64,000 nucleotides of DNA from an uncultured Clostridia bacterium. Lineage in GTDB: Bacteria; Bacillota; Clostridia; Christensenellales; UBA1242. Positions within the stretch are counted from its first letter, which is position 1. Each line of letters begins with the position of its first letter. The notes below the pieces were generated by a model. It was not told the origin of the DNA and made no database searches. It was given only the letters and a program-made list of their open reading frames with translations. The DNA lies in the NCBI GenBank assembly GCA_944384465.1, contig CALWTK010000003.1, positions 34,383 through 98,382 on the forward strand. The letters run 5' to 3'. Both the position numbers and the translations under genes were made by a program. Below are positions 18,385-26,370 of the stretch, one piece after another.

Positions 18385-19837
18385 GTTTTAATACACTTTT
18401 ATTCTGATATTTGAAATAATTATCTACGACTTCATAATCACTATATGGAAATTTCACTCCCTTTATCTCTTGATAGTTTTCTGCCCCTTTGCCTAATATT
18501 GCCACGACATCATTTTCCCTTGCTATAGACAGCGCATACTCTATTGCAGATTTTCTATCCGTGATCTTTACTACATTTTTGCTCGTGTTGTTTCGCAATA
18601 TATCATCAATTATGAGCTCTGGATTTTCGTTCCGTGGGTTGTCGCTGGTCACAATCACATAGTCACTCAACTCACACGCCATCTCTCCCATCTCACTGCG
18701 CTTTGTCTTGTCCCTATTCCCACCACAGCCAAATACTGTGATAAGTTTCGCTATTGGAAGTTGTTTGATAGTAGATAAAATATTTTTCATTCCATCTGGA
18801 GTGTGGGCATAATCAATCACGACATTAAAATTGGCATCTATATTCAAGACATTAAATCTCCCAGGCACAATGACATCAATATTTTTTAGAACATTGCAAA
18901 TTTCTTTTATATCAATGTTTATGCCTGTTAGGCACCCTATCGCCATCATCACATTCGCCACATTATAATCTCCAATGAGATTAGTGTGCGTTGAATATTC
19001 TTTCCCTTTATATTCAAACTTGATTGTCGTACCCTTTAATGTGTTTATTGCATTTATTATTTTGATATCACCTTCTCTACCCACTGTCGAGATCTCAATG
19101 TTAGCTTTTTTAGCTATCTCTTTTCCGTATTTTGCGTCTGTATTTATCACTCCCGCCTTGGCATGTCGATAGTCAAACAAACTCGCTTTACATTTGACAT
19201 AATTATCTATATTGACGAAAAAATCTAGGTGGTCTTTTGTTATATTTGTTAGCCCCACCACATCATAATATATGTTGTCTATTTTATTTAACGCTATTGC
19301 ATGCGCGCTGACTTCCATGACGCAGTACTCACATCCGTTATTTTCCATATCGCGCAAGACTTTGTGCAATAAAATTGGGTCGGGTGTGGTCAATGTCGGT
19401 GGCAACAAAAGGTTATTTATATATATCCCCTCTGTCCCTATCATGCCAACTTTTCTGTTTAGTTTTGTGAGTATTTCACGTATTAAAAAGGTGGTCGTAG
19501 TCTTGCCGTTTGTGCCCGTAATGCCTATAAATCTCATTTTTGATTTATAAGTCTCATAAAATATAGAACTAATATACGACATGGTAGCTCTGCTGTTCTC
19601 AACTAATATCTGACAGATTGGAAGCTCTAAAAATCTTTCGACAACGAGGCAGACTGCACCATTTTTTATCGCATCGGCGGCATATTCATGCCCGTCATTG
19701 TTTAGCCCCTTTATACAAAAATAGATACTATTATGTGTCTTCTCTTTGCTGTCGCAGGTCAGTGCATCAATATCTAACTCTTGGTAGTTTTTAATGCCCA
19801 CGAATTTCAAATTGGAAATTATATCATAAAGTTTCAT
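18377..19837 (-). CDS. murE: UDP-N-acetylmuramoyl-L-alanyl-D-glutamate--2,6-diaminopimelate ligase
   Basis: P-loop GTNGKTTT. The DNPR motif (VTSDNPRNE) is the signature of meso-DAP-adding MurE. Start taken at ATG 19837 (MKLYDII) behind GAGAGG rather than the track's 19864. Confidence 0.92.
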   Translation of the reverse strand: MKLYDIISNLKFVGIKNYQELDIDALTCDSKEKTHNSIYFCIKGLNNDGHEYAADAIKNGAVCLVVERFLELPICQILVENSRATMSYISSIFYETYKSKMRFIGITGTNGKTTTTFLIREILTKLNRKVGMIGTEGIYINNLLLPPTLTTPDPILLHKVLRDMENNGCEYCVMEVSAHAIALNKIDNIYYDVVGLTNITKDHLDFFVNIDNYVKCKASLFDYRHAKAGVINTDAKYGKEIAKKANIEISTVGREGDIKIINAINTLKGTTIKFEYKGKEYSTHTNLIGDYNVANVMMAIGCLTGINIDIKEICNVLKNIDVIVPGRFNVLNIDANFNVVIDYAHTPDGMKNILSTIKQLPIAKLITVFGCGGNRDKTKRSEMGEMACELSDYVIVTSDNPRNENPELIIDDILRNNTSKNVVKITDRKSAIEYALSIARENDVVAILGKGAENYQEIKGVKFPYSDYEVVDNYFKYQNKSVLKHD

Positions 19838-20094
19838 AATTACCTCTCTACCATAATGTAGCATATAGAAGATAGAATTTTTCTTGACAGCTAAAAAAAG
19901 ACAAAAATTCCTATTTGTATAAAAATTTTTACATTTATTTTATAAATTTATTTACTTTTAACAATATTTTTATGATAAATTTAATCCAAATCAGCAATTA
20001 ATTTAGAATCATTATTCTATGTATATAGAGCAAATTATAAAATAACAATAGCAAAAAGAACTAACTAATTAACTTCATGCGGATTTCTTAATCA

Positions 20095-20120
20095 AAATCC
20101 ACCAATTAAATGGTGGATTT
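20095..20120 (-). terminator. hairpin directly after the PBP gene
   Basis: AAATCCACC-AATTAAAT-GGTGGATTT abuts the stop codon (20123-20125). It has an A/T run on both sides. Confidence 0.5.
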
Positions 20121-20122
20121 TT

Positions 20123-21958
20123 TTAATTTGTAATGATATAGACAACTTCTCCAAGGTATAGAAGAGTCCCTTCTGGCGGCAATTGTTCAACAACATATTC
20201 GCCCTCGCCATCAAACAAAACATTTAAGCCTAATTTTTTCAATTCCGAACAAGCATCCGCGAGACTTTTCCCAACTATATATGGCATCAATATATTTGGT
20301 GTGTTATCTAATTGCGATGCATCAGTGGGAGCTATAGCTTTTGTTTCAAAAATTGATTTCAGTACGCGCTCGCCCACTGGCTTTGCCACCACTCCGCCAT
20401 AATACGCCCCTGCCGAAGGCTCGTTTATGCAAATTATTATGACGTATTCTGGATTCGTTGCAGGATATGTTCCTATAAAACTGGATATATATTTACCTGT
20501 AGCTATCTGACCATCTTCACCATATTTTTGCGCCGTCCCTGTTTTGCCACCCACATCATAACCCGCTATGAATGTATAATTACCTTCGCTGTTCACGTTA
20601 TTGGCAAGCATCATATTGACTGTCTCAATTGTACTTTTGGACAATTTTATTTCATTTTTAGCAGTAGTAGTTTGATACAGCACTTCCCCATTGCTAATTA
20701 TACTTTCTAATAGATGTGGTGTGATTTCATATCCAGTTGTAATTTTGGCATAGACTGTTGCCATTTGTAATTGCGTCACTGCTATTGCATGCCCAAAGCC
20801 AATACGCGCCAAATCCACATTCCTGACATTCTCTTTCGGCATGATGATGCCACTAGATTCGCTAGCTATATCTACCCCAGTCTTTTCGCCTAAGCCAAAG
20901 TACTCTAGATACTCGTAATATTTATCCACTCCCAACCTTAACGCCAACTGAACGAACACACAGTTGCAACTATTTTTGAAAGCGTCTAGCAATGTCAAAC
21001 TGCTATGTCCTACAGTTTTCCAACATTTAATTGTCTCGCCATCAACAGTACATCTACCGCTACAATAAAACTGTTCATCTATGTTCGTCAAGCCTTCATT
21101 TAGAGCAGCTGCCAAAGTGATTAATTTAAATGTGCTACCCGGCTCATAGACATCTACAACGGTTGAATTTTTCGTCATCTCTTGTAACGACGATATATCA
21201 TCACGTGGCACATTGTTTAAGTCGAATCCAGGGAGACAACTCATAGCTTTTATCCCACCCGTTTGCGCATCTAAAATAATTCCACTGACACCCAGTGCCT
21301 TATTTTCTTCATATGCCACCATTAACTCACGCTCTAATATGGATTGCATCTGAACATCTATTGTCGTATTTATATCCGCACCCGCCACGCTTGGGATGTA
21401 GTAACTTAGCGAGTTTTCTATCTCTTTTCCTTGTGCGTTAGTTTGAGTAAGACTTTTGCCATCCACCCCCTTCAAATATTTATCATAATACGACTCTAAG
21501 CCAGCCTGTCCAATGTTGTCAATCGTGCAATAGCCTAACACCTGTGTCAGCAAGTTTGAATATGGATATACTCTTGCCACATTTTGAGATAGATATACTC
21601 CTTTATATTCAGTGAGAGAAAGTGCTATATCTTCATCTACCTGCATTTTAATCAAAATTTCACTTAGACTTGTATTCGTCACTTTAGTATAAGTTTTTTC
21701 ATATTCAATATTTAATAAATCACTCAAAGCTCTTGCGAGTTTAGCGGGTTCCTCTACATTTCTTGCGCGTACATAGACATCGTACGTAGTTATTGTCGTA
21801 GCCAGACTGACGCCCGAACTGTCTAAAATTTCGCCGCGCTTACTAGAAAGAGGCAGGTCCCTTAGCCATTCTTCAGCAGCTAAGACTTGTAAGTTCTTTC
21901 CATCAATTATTTGTAAATAAAAAACGCGAGCGAGCAAAGCTACGAACAAGATCGTCAC
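20123..21958 (-). CDS. ftsI: class B penicillin-binding protein (FtsI/PBP2B-type transpeptidase) with a C-terminal PASTA domain
   Basis: Motifs STFK, SCN and KTGTA. C-terminal PASTA-like segment (PYIVGKSLADACSELKKLGLNV). The listed start is a GTG that truncates the membrane anchor; see the findings. Confidence 0.88.
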   Translation of the reverse strand: MTILFVALLARVFYLQIIDGKNLQVLAAEEWLRDLPLSSKRGEILDSSGVSLATTITTYDVYVRARNVEEPAKLARALSDLLNIEYEKTYTKVTNTSLSEILIKMQVDEDIALSLTEYKGVYLSQNVARVYPYSNLLTQVLGYCTIDNIGQAGLESYYDKYLKGVDGKSLTQTNAQGKEIENSLSYYIPSVAGADINTTIDVQMQSILERELMVAYEENKALGVSGIILDAQTGGIKAMSCLPGFDLNNVPRDDISSLQEMTKNSTVVDVYEPGSTFKLITLAAALNEGLTNIDEQFYCSGRCTVDGETIKCWKTVGHSSLTLLDAFKNSCNCVFVQLALRLGVDKYYEYLEYFGLGEKTGVDIASESSGIIMPKENVRNVDLARIGFGHAIAVTQLQMATVYAKITTGYEITPHLLESIISNGEVLYQTTTAKNEIKLSKSTIETVNMMLANNVNSEGNYTFIAGYDVGGKTGTAQKYGEDGQIATGKYISSFIGTYPATNPEYVIIICINEPSAGAYYGGVVAKPVGERVLKSIFETKAIAPTDASQLDNTPNILMPYIVGKSLADACSELKKLGLNVLFDGEGEYVVEQLPPEGTLLYLGEVVYIITN

Positions 21959-22130
21959 AATGAGTAAGGTCGCAACAAAGCGTCTTTGTATTGAATAAAT
22001 ATAATAAAAAGATAAAAATTTATTAATAAAATATTTATTTTTTTTAAATTTCTAATTTAGAATAATTTTTATTTACCATATATTAAATATGCAAATTATC
22101 AATTTTTAAAAAAATAAAAAAATGATAAAA

Positions 22131-22159
22131 AAATTAAAAAAAAGAGTGGATTTTCACTC
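22131..22159 (-). terminator. weak hairpin + T-run after the ftsL-like gene
   Basis: Minus strand: GAGTG-AAAATC-CACTC followed by TTTTTTTAATTTTTTT. The stem is only 5 bp. Confidence 0.35.
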
Positions 22160-22168
22160 ATTTTTTCA

Positions 22169-22705
22169 TCAACTAAAAATATTTCTAAATAAAATGGTCA
22201 ATTTATCAAAGAACGTCAACTCTTTTGTGTCGTCACTATAATCTCTTGGTTCATTCAATGAAATCTCGATTGTCCCAGCGGGGTCAGCGTTTGGAGTGTT
22301 GAATTCTTCATACATATCAACAATTTGCGATTGGGATTGAATCGTATTGGCGTTACTGTTTATATCTCTATCCATAATTGTCAAGGTCGCAATATTAATG
22401 CCAACAAAGGTCAGTAGCAATGCAGCAACTGCTATGTACACCCCTGTAAAAATTTTAATTCGTTTTTTTACAAAGGTCTTTTTTTCATCCTGCTTCATTG
22501 TGAAAGGCTTGTCTTCAGGCAATGTCTTTTCTTCTACCTGTTTTAATCCTTTCAATTCTTGATTTGACTTGATCTCTTTTTCGCTCTTTAACAGATCTTC
22601 AAGACGTGGTAAATCTTCGAACCTAATTTCTCTAGCTTTCTCTTCAACAGGTTCGGTCGCTATTTCTACATCGGTCTTGGGTTCAGTCCTAATTTCATTT
22701 TCCAT
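22169..22705 (-). CDS. bitopic membrane protein in the FtsL position
   Basis: Single TM helix (IFTGVYIAVAALLLTFVGINIATL) between a charged N-terminal region and a C-terminal domain of about 70 aa. Located between rsmH and the PBP. Start taken at ATG 22705 (MENEIR) behind AGGTG. The call is positional; no sequence motif was recognised. Confidence 0.5.
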   Translation of the reverse strand: MENEIRTEPKTDVEIATEPVEEKAREIRFEDLPRLEDLLKSEKEIKSNQELKGLKQVEEKTLPEDKPFTMKQDEKKTFVKKRIKIFTGVYIAVAALLLTFVGINIATLTIMDRDINSNANTIQSQSQIVDMYEEFNTPNADPAGTIEISLNEPRDYSDDTKELTFFDKLTILFRNIFS

Positions 22706-22712
22706 ACCACAC

Positions 22713-23642
22713 CTACAACTTTTCTGCAATTCTCAACTTTGCACTCGCCGCACGTGAATTATTTTTCAATTCAACATCACTCGGAACTATTGGATGCCTT
22801 GTTACCAGACGGATATCTGCTTTGTGATTGCAGACACATTTTGGAATTCTAGGCGGACAAATACAATCAGTTGCATGCAATTTAAATGTAGATTTAACAA
22901 TCCTATCTTCTAAAGGATGGAATGTTATTATACATAGTCTACCACATTTTTTCAGTTTCTGCAACATTTTTTCTATAGCTAATTCCAAGTCTTGCAACTC
23001 ATTATTCACTTCTATTCTTATTGCTTGAAACGCTTTGTTACATAAACTTGGCTTATTTTGAAATTTTGGCGGATAGCTAGAAATAATTATATCTCGCAGT
23101 TGAAAAGTAGTTTTTATTGGTGATTTTTCACGTTGTTTTACAATTTTCCTTGCAATTTGTCTTGAATTTTTTTCTTCTCCATAGAGATATAAAATTTTTG
23201 AAAGCTCTGTTTCGCTATAATTATTTACGACATATTCCGCATCTAAAGTCTGATTTTGGTTCATGCGCATGTCTAGTCTAGCGTCCTGCTTGAAACTGAA
23301 CCCTCGTTCGCCGTTATCCAATTGATAACTGCTGACCCCTAAATCAGCTAATATTCCATCGACTAAATCTATATTCAGATTATCTAAAATCTTATCTATG
23401 TTCAAAAAGTTGTCATTTACAAAAATTATTTTATCTTCGTAATCTTTTAGGCGCGTTTTAGCAAAACTCAAAGCATCAACATCTTTGTCAATACAAATCA
23501 ATTTACCATTATTTAATCTCTTTGCAATCTCAAGAGAATGTCCCCCACCGCCAGTAGTACAATCGACGTAAATACCATCAGGATGTATATTAAGTCCTGA
23601 TATACTCTCATCTTTTAATACTGACACATGTTTAAATTCCAT
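22713..23642 (-). CDS. rsmH: 16S rRNA (cytosine1402-N4)-methyltransferase
   Basis: HVSVL...YVDCTTGGGGHS SAM-binding start. 309 aa, in the conserved dcw position. Confidence 0.95.
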   Translation of the reverse strand: MEFKHVSVLKDESISGLNIHPDGIYVDCTTGGGGHSLEIAKRLNNGKLICIDKDVDALSFAKTRLKDYEDKIIFVNDNFLNIDKILDNLNIDLVDGILADLGVSSYQLDNGERGFSFKQDARLDMRMNQNQTLDAEYVVNNYSETELSKILYLYGEEKNSRQIARKIVKQREKSPIKTTFQLRDIIISSYPPKFQNKPSLCNKAFQAIRIEVNNELQDLELAIEKMLQKLKKCGRLCIITFHPLEDRIVKSTFKLHATDCICPPRIPKCVCNHKADIRLVTRHPIVPSDVELKNNSRAASAKLRIAEKL

Positions 23643-23649
23643 ATATTAC

Positions 23650-24345
23650 CTACACAATTTTTACCAATTTGTTGTTCACCGCATCACAACTGGTCAAAAA
23701 ATATTTCACACCATTGATTTCATTATACAGCATATTAGGATTGACATATCCATGCAGATGCCCAAAGACAACATACGACACACCATAATCTTCAATCATT
23801 TTTGTATATTCGCTTGGTTCACGCTTGTTATTAAAAGGCGGATAGTGAGTGATATAAATTATTTTTTCGTCATTTTTTTGCAATTTTTTCGCATTTTTTA
23901 GCGAAAGTTCTAATCTTATTAGCTCTCTTGAATAAATTTTTTTATTTTCTTCAGTATCGAACTTTCCTTCAGGAATCAGCCATCCCCTGTTCCCACAAAA
24001 AATAAAATCGCCAATCTTAATCGCATCATTTTGTAGGGCGTAAGTGTTTTTTGGTAGTTTTTCTCTCACTTTACTAACGCTGCTCCACCAGTAATCATGA
24101 TTACCACGGATGATAATCTTCTTTCCTTTCAATTGATTTAAAAACTCAAAATCAGGCACCACTTCTTCCAATTTCATCGCCCAAGAATAATCTCCAGCTA
24201 AGATCACGACATCATCATCACTTACAAGTTCATTCCAACTAGCGACAATCTTATCCAAATAGTTGTGCCAAACAGGGCCAAATATATCCATTGGCTTCGT
24301 GTTGTTAATATCAAGATGTAAGTCACTAATTGAAAATATATTCAC
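23650..24345 (-). CDS. calcineurin-like metallophosphoesterase
   Basis: Motifs DLHLD, GDYSW, GNHDYWW, HYPP and GHLHG. GTG start (24345..24343) behind AAAGGAGAAA. It occupies the slot where mraZ normally sits. Confidence 0.85.
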   Translation of the reverse strand: MNIFSISDLHLDINNTKPMDIFGPVWHNYLDKIVASWNELVSDDDVVILAGDYSWAMKLEEVVPDFEFLNQLKGKKIIIRGNHDYWWSSVSKVREKLPKNTYALQNDAIKIGDFIFCGNRGWLIPEGKFDTEENKKIYSRELIRLELSLKNAKKLQKNDEKIIYITHYPPFNNKREPSEYTKMIEDYGVSYVVFGHLHGYVNPNMLYNEINGVKYFLTSCDAVNNKLVKIV

Positions 24346-24716
24346 TTCTCTTTCTCCTTTTTATTTTCAATATTAGGGACGCCACATCGCAGATTCCTGT
24401 CGCTAGACAGCTATCAAGATGTAAGTCACTAATTGAAAATACTTTCACATTTTCTCCTTTTAATTTTCAATATTAGGGACGCCACATCGCTCCCCGGGGT
24501 CCCCGCAAGAATTCATTCGCAGTGGGGCTAACTTGGGGTCCCCGCAAGAATTCATTCGCAGTGGGGCTAACTTGGGGCCCCATAAGCACTCGTGCGTAAT
24601 GGGGCTAGCAGAACAAACAAGCAACAAGCTTATGATTGCAAGCACGCGAAGCAATCTAGCATAGGCGCAGTTTGTGATGCAGTCACTAATTGAAAATATA
24701 TTCACCATTTTCCCTT
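24310..24716 (-). repeat. three direct copies of the phosphoesterase RBS/start module
   Basis: Copy 1 is 24390->24310 (genuine). Copy 2 is 24490->24413 (about 80 bp, near-identical, offset 103 bp). Copy 3 is 24716->24681 (GGTGAATATATTTTCAATTAGTGACT). Confidence 0.9.
24496..24610. repeat. tandem 39/39/37-bp GC-rich hairpin repeat
   Basis: GGGGTCCCCGCAAGAATTCATTCGCAGTGGGGCTAACTT occurs twice, identically (24496-24534 and 24535-24573). A diverged third unit, GGGGCCCCATAAGCACTCGTGCGTAATGGGGCTAGCA, is at 24574-24610. 22 of the 39 unit positions are G/C. Confidence 0.9.
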
Positions 24717-24846
24717 TTGATAAAGTTAATAGTAAACATTGGAGCACTTAATTTATCAAATTTAATTAAAATTCCAGCCATTTACTAATCATAATAAGCA
24801 ACAAATTTTTTTAAATTATGAAAATATTATATCATTTTTTAGATAT

Positions 24847-25437
24847 TTAATCAATTTTTTTGTCCTGCTGAGATTTTTTTTCATTTCTCTCGTACAATAA
24901 TGCTAATTTGGGACGGTTGTAGCGCTGAACGATTACTGGCAATATTTGAATTACAAAATTGACTATAGCCATTGGCAAGCCTACGATATACCACAACTTT
25001 AGATTTATAAATATCACAAATATACTTAACACCGCACTTATCACATGCATGACTTCAGCATAGACTGTCTCTTCCATAAATTTATAAATATACCGATTGT
25101 CGTTCATATCAAGCACTTTATCCTTACCAAATCCTGCAAGTGCCTTACCCGTCTCTGGTATTTTATCTTTCCAATTGCGGACTTTTAATTTTAAATACAG
25201 TTTCGTCTCCCATGGCCTGACCTTGTATATCTTATTAAATGGATTCACCCATTTTTTTGGAAGAATGCGCACCAATATGGCGACAAGCGCGTCTATCACA
25301 AATAACGCGAAAAATGTATATATAATAGTAATCAATATTTCTCCATCCGTTACAGATAAGAAATTAAGTCCCACAGACAGACTTAAAATTGTGGTAAAAA
25401 TCACACCTATTACAATAATACATACATATAATATCAT
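24847..25437 (-). CDS. membrane protein, possibly of the CrtO-like acyltransferase family
   Basis: 196 aa with 4 TM segments. The C-terminal QRYNRPKL and the central W..K.P...GK...F.K pattern recall, from memory, the glycosyl-4,4'-diaponeurosporenoate acyltransferase family. Confidence 0.45.
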   Translation of the reverse strand: MILYVCIIVIGVIFTTILSLSVGLNFLSVTDGEILITIIYTFFALFVIDALVAILVRILPKKWVNPFNKIYKVRPWETKLYLKLKVRNWKDKIPETGKALAGFGKDKVLDMNDNRYIYKFMEETVYAEVMHVISAVLSIFVIFINLKLWYIVGLPMAIVNFVIQILPVIVQRYNRPKLALLYERNEKKSQQDKKID

Positions 25438-25569
25438 AATTATTATATAAGATTAACAAAAGCATGTACTTTTGTCAATAATTTATTCATTTTCATAAAA
25501 TTTTACTACATACTCACAAAAGTTAAAACTATTGAATAGTATATATTAGTAACATTAGGAGGTTAAAAA

Positions 25570-26235
25570 ATGTCTTTTTATACAGATGCAAGACCAGGCA
25601 TTTTCCCAGGTCAAACAAACAATGTTATGAATGGACTTTGTGAACGTATTTGCATCCAAACAACAAAAGTGTTTGATGCTTGTATGAACCAATCACAAAT
25701 TGAAGATTATTCGTTAACATTGACTAATTTCAATCCAGCAGCTCCCACAACCCCACTCACATTTGTCAGCGGAAGTTCTGTAGGAAGCAATGCAACAGTA
25801 ACTGATTTGATAATAACCAGATTTGATGATAGACCAAACTTTGCTCGTGTGCAAGCTAATATAAATATCCCTGTTACAGTTACATATACAGATGCAAACA
25901 ATGTACCAGGCACAGCTGAAGGTACTATCACTCTCGCTCAAGATGTCGTATTGTATGTTCCTCAACCATCACTTACTCCAATTGATGTAGTCGCATTTGG
26001 AAGCGCAGTGATCGCTAGCGGTGTATACAATACAACTACAGGCGGATTCACAATTTCCGCATGCGTTACAACAATATTAAAAGTTGTAGCAACCGTGGAT
26101 GTATTAGTACCAAGTTATGGATATTGTCCTATCCCGCCTTGCACTCCATTCGCAGGTTCGACTGTGTGCCCTGGAGTGTTTGACCTACCACTATATCCAA
26201 CCGCCGTGTCTCCACAATCAACAAATTCTAGATAA
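25570..26235 (+). CDS. Thr/Val/Pro-rich, cysteine-bracketed protein of unknown function
   Basis: 221-aa ORF behind a strong RBS (TAGGAGGTTAAAAA) and followed by a terminator. Cys at positions 24/28/38 and 165/186/191/200. No signal peptide. Confidence 0.7.
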   Translation: MSFYTDARPGIFPGQTNNVMNGLCERICIQTTKVFDACMNQSQIEDYSLTLTNFNPAAPTTPLTFVSGSSVGSNATVTDLIITRFDDRPNFARVQANINIPVTVTYTDANNVPGTAEGTITLAQDVVLYVPQPSLTPIDVVAFGSAVIASGVYNTTTGGFTISACVTTILKVVATVDVLVPSYGYCPIPPCTPFAGSTVCPGVFDLPLYPTAVSPQSTNSR

Positions 26236-26241
26236 AAAATT

Positions 26242-26299
26242 AAAACTCCCCAATATGAAGCAATCCTACAGGATTCCCTTCAATGTAAGGGAGTTTTTT
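26242..26299 (+). terminator. long hairpin + T-run after the 221-aa gene
   Basis: AAAACTCCC ... GGGAGTTTTTT encloses an inner AATCCT/AGGATT hairpin. Confidence 0.5.
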
Positions 26300-26370
26300 A
26301 TTTAAAAAATTAATAATTTTCCCCATTTTTTTGTTAAATTCTTGAAATAATATTGAATTTTTCATAAATT

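Noticed and set aside
20095-20120. Plus-strand terminator implying an unannotated plus-strand gene or sRNA between murE and the PBP gene.
   Set aside because: The hairpin abuts the PBP stop codon on the minus strand and is symmetric with A/T runs on both sides. No plus-strand ORF or promoter is evident upstream, so the simplest reading is the PBP terminator.
23650-24345. Expected mraZ upstream of rsmH.
   Set aside because: The ORF has clear calcineurin-like phosphoesterase motifs (DLHLD, GNHD, GHLHG) and nothing like the MraZ duplicated SpoVT/AbrB fold. mraZ is simply absent from this locus.
24496-24610. Possible CRISPR array.
   Set aside because: There are only 2.9 contiguous units and no spacers between them. 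No cas genes are in the window. The third unit is diverged in a stem-compensating way, unlike CRISPR repeats.
24460-24747. 95-aa ORF (MLQCLLLTLSKGKMVNIFSISDC...GDPKLAPLRMNSCGDPKLAPLRMNSC...) from the six-frame track.
   Set aside because: It reads straight through the tandem 39-bp DNA repeat, hence the duplicated GDPKLAPLRMNSC, and the GC-rich hairpin island. Its first ATG has no RBS. I treat it as a by-product of the repeat structure. The internal MVNIF... start is discussed as copy 3 of the start module.
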